NCBI GenBank assembly: GCA_963713975.1
Contig: OY970218.1
Coordinates: forward strand, 1,824,001 to 1,888,000
DNA: 64,000 nucleotides
Direction of reading: 5' to 3'
Source of the DNA: an uncultured Chloroflexia bacterium
Lineage (GTDB): Bacteria; Chloroflexota; Limnocylindria; Limnocylindrales; CSP1-4
The translations under genes were made by a program, and so were the position numbers. Below are positions 59,973 to 64,000 of the stretch, in pieces. Numbering within the stretch: the first letter of the stretch is position 1; each line of letters opens with the position of its first letter. Below the pieces are notes generated by a model. It saw only the letters and a list, made by a program, of their open reading frames with translations, ran no database searches and had not been told where the DNA came from.

Positions 59973-61021
59973 CCGCGAAGATGTACTACGACGCCGATGC
60001 CGATCCGTCGGCGCTCGAAGGCCAGACCATCGCGGTCATCGGCTACGGGTCCCAGGGCCACGCCCACGCGCTGAACCTGCGTGACAGCGGCCAGACGGTG
60101 GTCATCGGCCTTGCGCCCGGGTCGAAGAGCCGTCCGCTCGCCGAGGCCGCCGGCTTTGAGGTCATGGACGTGGCCGGGGCCACCAAGGCAGCCGACGTGA
60201 TCATGATCGCCGTCCCGGACACGATCCAGAAGGCCGTCTACGACACGGACATCGAACCCAACCTCCGGCCCGGCCAGCTGCTGATGTTCGCCCACGGCTT
60301 CAACATCCGGTTCGCCCGGATCCAGCCCCCGGCGACGGTGGACGTGGGGATGGTCGCGCCCAAGGGACCGGGCCACCTCGTGCGCAGCGTGTACGAGCAG
60401 GGTGGCGGGGTGCCGGCGCTGTTCGCCGTGGACCAGGATGCGACCGGGACGGCCCGGGCGCGCACGCTCGCCTATGCCCGCGGCCTGGGCAATACCCGCG
60501 CCGGCGTCCTCGAGACGACGTTCACCGAGGAGACCGAGACCGACCTGTTCGGCGAGCAGGCGCTGCTGTGCGGTGGCGTGTCCGCCCTCGTGAAGGCCGC
60601 GTTCGAGACGCTCGTCGAGGCGGGCTACCAGCCGGAGCTCGCGTACTTCGAGACCATGCACGAGCTCAAGCTGATCGTGGACCTCATGTACCGCGGCGGC
60701 CTCAACTTCATGCGCTTCAGCGTCAGCGACACCGCGGAGTACGGCGACTATGTGTCCGGCCCGCGCGTGACGGAAGGCGCCAAGGCGGCGATGAAGGACG
60801 TGCTCACCGACATCCAGAGCGGTGCCTTCGCGGCGAAGTGGATCGCCGTTCAGGACGCCGGCGGCGAGGATTTCCGGCGCCTGCGCGAGCAGGACCGCCA
60901 CCACCAGATCGAGCAGGTCGGCGCCGACCTGCGGGCGAAGATGCCGTTCCTCAAGCCGGTCGTGGTCGAGGCCGGCCAGGCGCAGGCCGTGGCCAGTGCG
61001 GTACCCGGCGGGGAGAAGTAG
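59969..61021 (+). CDS. ilvC: Ketol-acid reductoisomerase
   Basis: [28 protein letters not shown]. Confidence 0.97.
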   Translation: MTAKMYYDADADPSALEGQTIAVIGYGSQGHAHALNLRDSGQTVVIGLAPGSKSRPLAEAAGFEVMDVAGATKAADVIMIAVPDTIQKAVYDTDIEPNLRPGQLLMFAHGFNIRFARIQPPATVDVGMVAPKGPGHLVRSVYEQGGGVPALFAVDQDATGTARARTLAYARGLGNTRAGVLETTFTEETETDLFGEQALLCGGVSALVKAAFETLVEAGYQPELAYFETMHELKLIVDLMYRGGLNFMRFSVSDTAEYGDYVSGPRVTEGAKAAMKDVLTDIQSGAFAAKWIAVQDAGGEDFRRLREQDRHHQIEQVGADLRAKMPFLKPVVVEAGQAQAVASAVPGGEK

Positions 61022-61023
61022 CC

Positions 61024-62667
61024 ATGACGTTCGAGGCCATCACCCCGCGCTACGGCGGTGGGGTCCCGGCCGGGTCGATCCGGATCTTCGACACGACCTT
61101 GCGGGACGGCGAGCAGGCGCCCGGCGCCGGTCTCACCGCCGCGGAGAAGCTGGAGGTCGCGCGCCAGCTCGCGCGCCTCAAGGTGGACGTGATCGAGGCG
61201 GGGTTCCCGTCCGCCTCGCCGGGTGACTTCGATGCGGTCCGCCGGATCGCCGAGGAGACCAGGGGCGGCATCGCGGTCGCCGCGCTGGCCCGCTGCAAGG
61301 ATGGCGATCCGCAGCGCGCCGTGGAGGCCATCGGTGTCGCCGAGCGACCCCACCTGCACCTGTTCATCGCCACCAGTGACATCCACCTCAAGCACAAGCT
61401 GCGCATCTCGCGCGAGCAGGCGCTGTCGGAGGCCGTGCACTGGGTGAAGTGGGCCCGCGAGACCCTGGGCCGCGATGCCGAGATCGAGTTCTCGGCCGAG
61501 GATGCGTCGCGCACCGAGGACGCGTTCCTGCTCGACGTGTACGAGGCGGTCACCGAGGCCGGCGCTTCCACGCTCAACATCCCCGACACCGTGGGCTACG
61601 CCATCCCGTCCGAGTTCGGCGCCCTGGTGGGCCGGGTGAAGGAGCGGATCGGCGACGCGGCCGTCATCAGCGTCCATTGCCACAACGACCTGGGCCTCGC
61701 CACCGCGAACACGCTCGCCGCCGTCCAGGCGGGCGCGCGCCAGGTCGAGGTGACGATCAACGGCCTCGGGGAGCGCGCCGGCAACGCGAGCCTGGAGGAG
61801 GTCGTGATGGCCCTCCGGACACGCCCCGGCCAGTTCCCGGAGCTGGCGGCAGGCGTCCAGACCGAGCAGATCACACCGGCCTCGCGCCTTGTCTCGTACC
61901 TCACCGGGTTCGCGATCCAGCCCAACAAGGCGATCGTGGGCTCCAACGCGTTCGCCCACGAGTCCGGGATCCACCAGGACGGGTTCCTCAAGAACCCCCT
62001 GACCTACGAGATCATGACCCCGCAGTCCGTGGGCCTGTCGGGAAGCACGCTGTCGATCGGCAAGCTGTCGGGCCGCCGCGGGCTGCAGGGCAAGCTCCGG
62101 GAGCTTGGCTACGAACTCGAGGGTGCGGAGCTGGACACGATCTACCGCGCGGCGATCGCCCTGGCCGACACGAAGAAGGAGGTCACCGACTCCGACCTGC
62201 TCGCGCTCGTCGAGCAGGAGAAGGCCGAGGTGCCGAACTCCATCGAGCTGCTGGGCTGGAGCATCAGCTCCTCGTCCGGCGGGCACTCCGTGGGTTCCGT
62301 GTCCGTCGTCGTGGCCGGCGAGGCGAAGGCTGCCGACGCCACCGGCAACGGCCCCGTCAACGCCCTGTTCCTGGCCGTCGACGAGGCCATCCGGCCCGTC
62401 CTCCACTGGAACCCGGTTCTCACCGAATACGAGATCAAGGCCGTCTCGGCCGACGGCGACGCCCAGGGCCAGGTCCTGGTCCGAGCACGCCGCTCGTCCG
62501 ACGAGGGCCCCGGGGCGCTGGTGGTCACGGGCCACGGCCTGTCGACCAACATCATCGAGGCCTCGCTCGACGCGTACCTCGTGGCGGCCAACAAGCTCCA
62601 CGGCGCCGAGATCAACGGCATCGAGGCGGCCTACGCCGGCGCCCGTACGACGGAGGACCTCCCGTGA
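61024..62667 (+). CDS. leuA: 2-isopropylmalate synthase
   Basis: DTTLRDGEQ, HCHNDLG, GERAGN, HESGIHQDG, GNGPV. Confidence 0.96.
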   Translation: MTFEAITPRYGGGVPAGSIRIFDTTLRDGEQAPGAGLTAAEKLEVARQLARLKVDVIEAGFPSASPGDFDAVRRIAEETRGGIAVAALARCKDGDPQRAVEAIGVAERPHLHLFIATSDIHLKHKLRISREQALSEAVHWVKWARETLGRDAEIEFSAEDASRTEDAFLLDVYEAVTEAGASTLNIPDTVGYAIPSEFGALVGRVKERIGDAAVISVHCHNDLGLATANTLAAVQAGARQVEVTINGLGERAGNASLEEVVMALRTRPGQFPELAAGVQTEQITPASRLVSYLTGFAIQPNKAIVGSNAFAHESGIHQDGFLKNPLTYEIMTPQSVGLSGSTLSIGKLSGRRGLQGKLRELGYELEGAELDTIYRAAIALADTKKEVTDSDLLALVEQEKAEVPNSIELLGWSISSSSGGHSVGSVSVVVAGEAKAADATGNGPVNALFLAVDEAIRPVLHWNPVLTEYEIKAVSADGDAQGQVLVRARRSSDEGPGALVVTGHGLSTNIIEASLDAYLVAANKLHGAEINGIEAAYAGARTTEDLP

Positions 62668-63812
62668 CGGATGGCGCCGGATCCGAGGGCGGCGACCCGG
62701 CGCTCACCTACCGCATCGCCCTGATCGGTGGTGACGGGGTCGGTCCGGAGGTCATCGCCGGAACCGTATCCGTCCTCGAGACCGTGGGTCGCCGGTTCGG
62801 CTTCGGCTTCGCGTGGCAGGACCTGATCGTGGGTGGGGCGGGGATCGATGCCTACGGTGTCGCCATCCGGCCCGAGGATGTCGAGGCGTGCCGTGATGCC
62901 GATGCCGTGCTCCTGGGCGCCGTGGGCGGGCCCAGGTGGGACGACCCGGACGCCTCGGTCCGCCCGGAGCAGGCCCTGTTCGCCCTTCGTGGGGGCCTCG
63001 GCCTGTTCGCCAACCTGCGCCCCATCACGGTCCAGCCCCAGCTGATCGCGGCCTCGCCGCTCAAGCCGGAGCTGCTCGAGGGCGTGGACTGCCTCATCGT
63101 CCGCGAGCTCACCAGCGGCCTCTACTTCGGCAGGCCGTCCGAGCCGCGCGAGACACCCGAAGGCCGGGCCGCCATCGACACCCTGTGGTACACGGAGGGC
63201 GAGATCCGGCGGATCGTCACGCTCGCCTTCGAGCTGGCCCGCGGGCGCCGGAGCAAGGTGACCCAGGTGGACAAGGCGAATGTCCTGGCCACGTCGCGCC
63301 TGTGGCGCAAGGTGACCGATGAGGTCCATGCGGACTTCCCGGACGTCGAGCTCGAGCACCGCCTGGTGGACTCCGCGGCGATGATGCTGGCCAAGTGGCC
63401 GGCAGGCTTCGACGTGCTGGTCACCGAGAACCTGTTCGGCGACATCCTGTCCGACGAGGCGGCGGTCATCGCGGGTTCGCTGGGCCTGCTGCCGTCCGCC
63501 TCGCTGGGGACCCGGATGACCACGCACGGCCGGCACGGGCTGTACGAGCCGATCCACGGCTCCGCCCCGGACATCGCGGGCAAAGACCTGGCCAACCCGC
63601 TGGGGACGATTCTCTCGGCCGCAATGATGCTGCGCTCGTCGCTGGGCCAGCCCGAGGCCGCCACGGCGGTGGAGACGGCGGTGAGCGATGTGCTCGATGC
63701 CGGCTACCGGACGAAGGACCTGCTGCCCGCCGACTCCGGTGACGGCGTTGCGGCGATGCTGGTCGGAACGAAGGAGATGGCCCGGATCATCGGAGAGCGG
63801 ATCGCGATTTGA
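62664..63812 (+). CDS. leuB: 3-isopropylmalate dehydrogenase
   Basis: GDGVGPEV, DKANVL, NLFGDILSD, EPIHGSAPDIAG. Confidence 0.96.
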   Translation: MTDGAGSEGGDPALTYRIALIGGDGVGPEVIAGTVSVLETVGRRFGFGFAWQDLIVGGAGIDAYGVAIRPEDVEACRDADAVLLGAVGGPRWDDPDASVRPEQALFALRGGLGLFANLRPITVQPQLIAASPLKPELLEGVDCLIVRELTSGLYFGRPSEPRETPEGRAAIDTLWYTEGEIRRIVTLAFELARGRRSKVTQVDKANVLATSRLWRKVTDEVHADFPDVELEHRLVDSAAMMLAKWPAGFDVLVTENLFGDILSDEAAVIAGSLGLLPSASLGTRMTTHGRHGLYEPIHGSAPDIAGKDLANPLGTILSAAMMLRSSLGQPEAATAVETAVSDVLDAGYRTKDLLPADSGDGVAAMLVGTKEMARIIGERIAI

Positions 63813-63891
63813 CGGCCGGCGCCCGCCGAGCGCGGGTGGCCGGCCGGAGCCGCTTCGTCGACCCTCTCCCGAACCGCACGAGATTGAGACC

Positions 63892-64000
63892 ATGACAGAC
63901 CAACCGGTCATCCTCTACGACACGACCCTCCGCGACGGCACCCAGGGCGAGAACATCACCCTGTCGCTGGCGGACAAGCTGCGCGTCGCGCGCATGCTGG
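63892..64000 (+). CDS. cimA: Citramalate synthase (partial, runs off window end)
   Basis: MTDQPVILYDTTLRDGTQGENITLSLADKL; DGTQGE is typical of CimA; only the N-terminus is visible. Confidence 0.75.
   Translation, partial: MTDQPVILYDTTLRDGTQGENITLSLADKLRVARML

Noticed and set aside
1371-63911. Many long antisense or alternate-frame ORFs (e.g. 1371-3230 +, 43501-46458 +, 57121-59442 -)
   Set aside because: Shadow ORFs expected at this GC content; Arg/Pro/Gly-rich, overlap well-supported genes, no motifs

Overview
High-GC bacterial chromosomal segment. Gene content and style suggest Chloroflexota, possibly Limnocylindria/Ellin6529-like (inference). It contains an A2-type cytochrome c oxidase operon with ctaG, several copper-protein genes, proC and proline dehydrogenase, and a receiver-GAF-histidine kinase trio. 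It also holds a CBS-flanked 2-oxoacid:ferredoxin oxidoreductase operon, dapB-dapA-dapD-lysA, copA, fabD-fabF-fabF and a large branched-chain amino acid cluster (ilvD, leuCD, ilvBNC-leuA-leuB-cimA). No rRNA, tRNA, CRISPR array or intact transposase was seen. The most notable unannotated signals are: (1) an MFS-cNMP / GAF / cytoplasmic subtilase locus facing a small protein built of RR-DDDVEG[HA] repeats, a candidate peptide-processing or signalling system; (2) two paralogous 31-33 aa peptides ending AAFAxxxxGAKRW that the ORF track missed; (3) a Lys-codon leader peptide plus terminator ahead of the dap/lysA operon, and an Ile/Leu/Val-rich leader ahead of ilvB; (4) REP-like palindrome clusters and a ~130-nt rod-like intergenic element; (5) pervasive leaderless-type promoters. 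Starts were refined by eye; all family calls come from motif recognition, not database searches.
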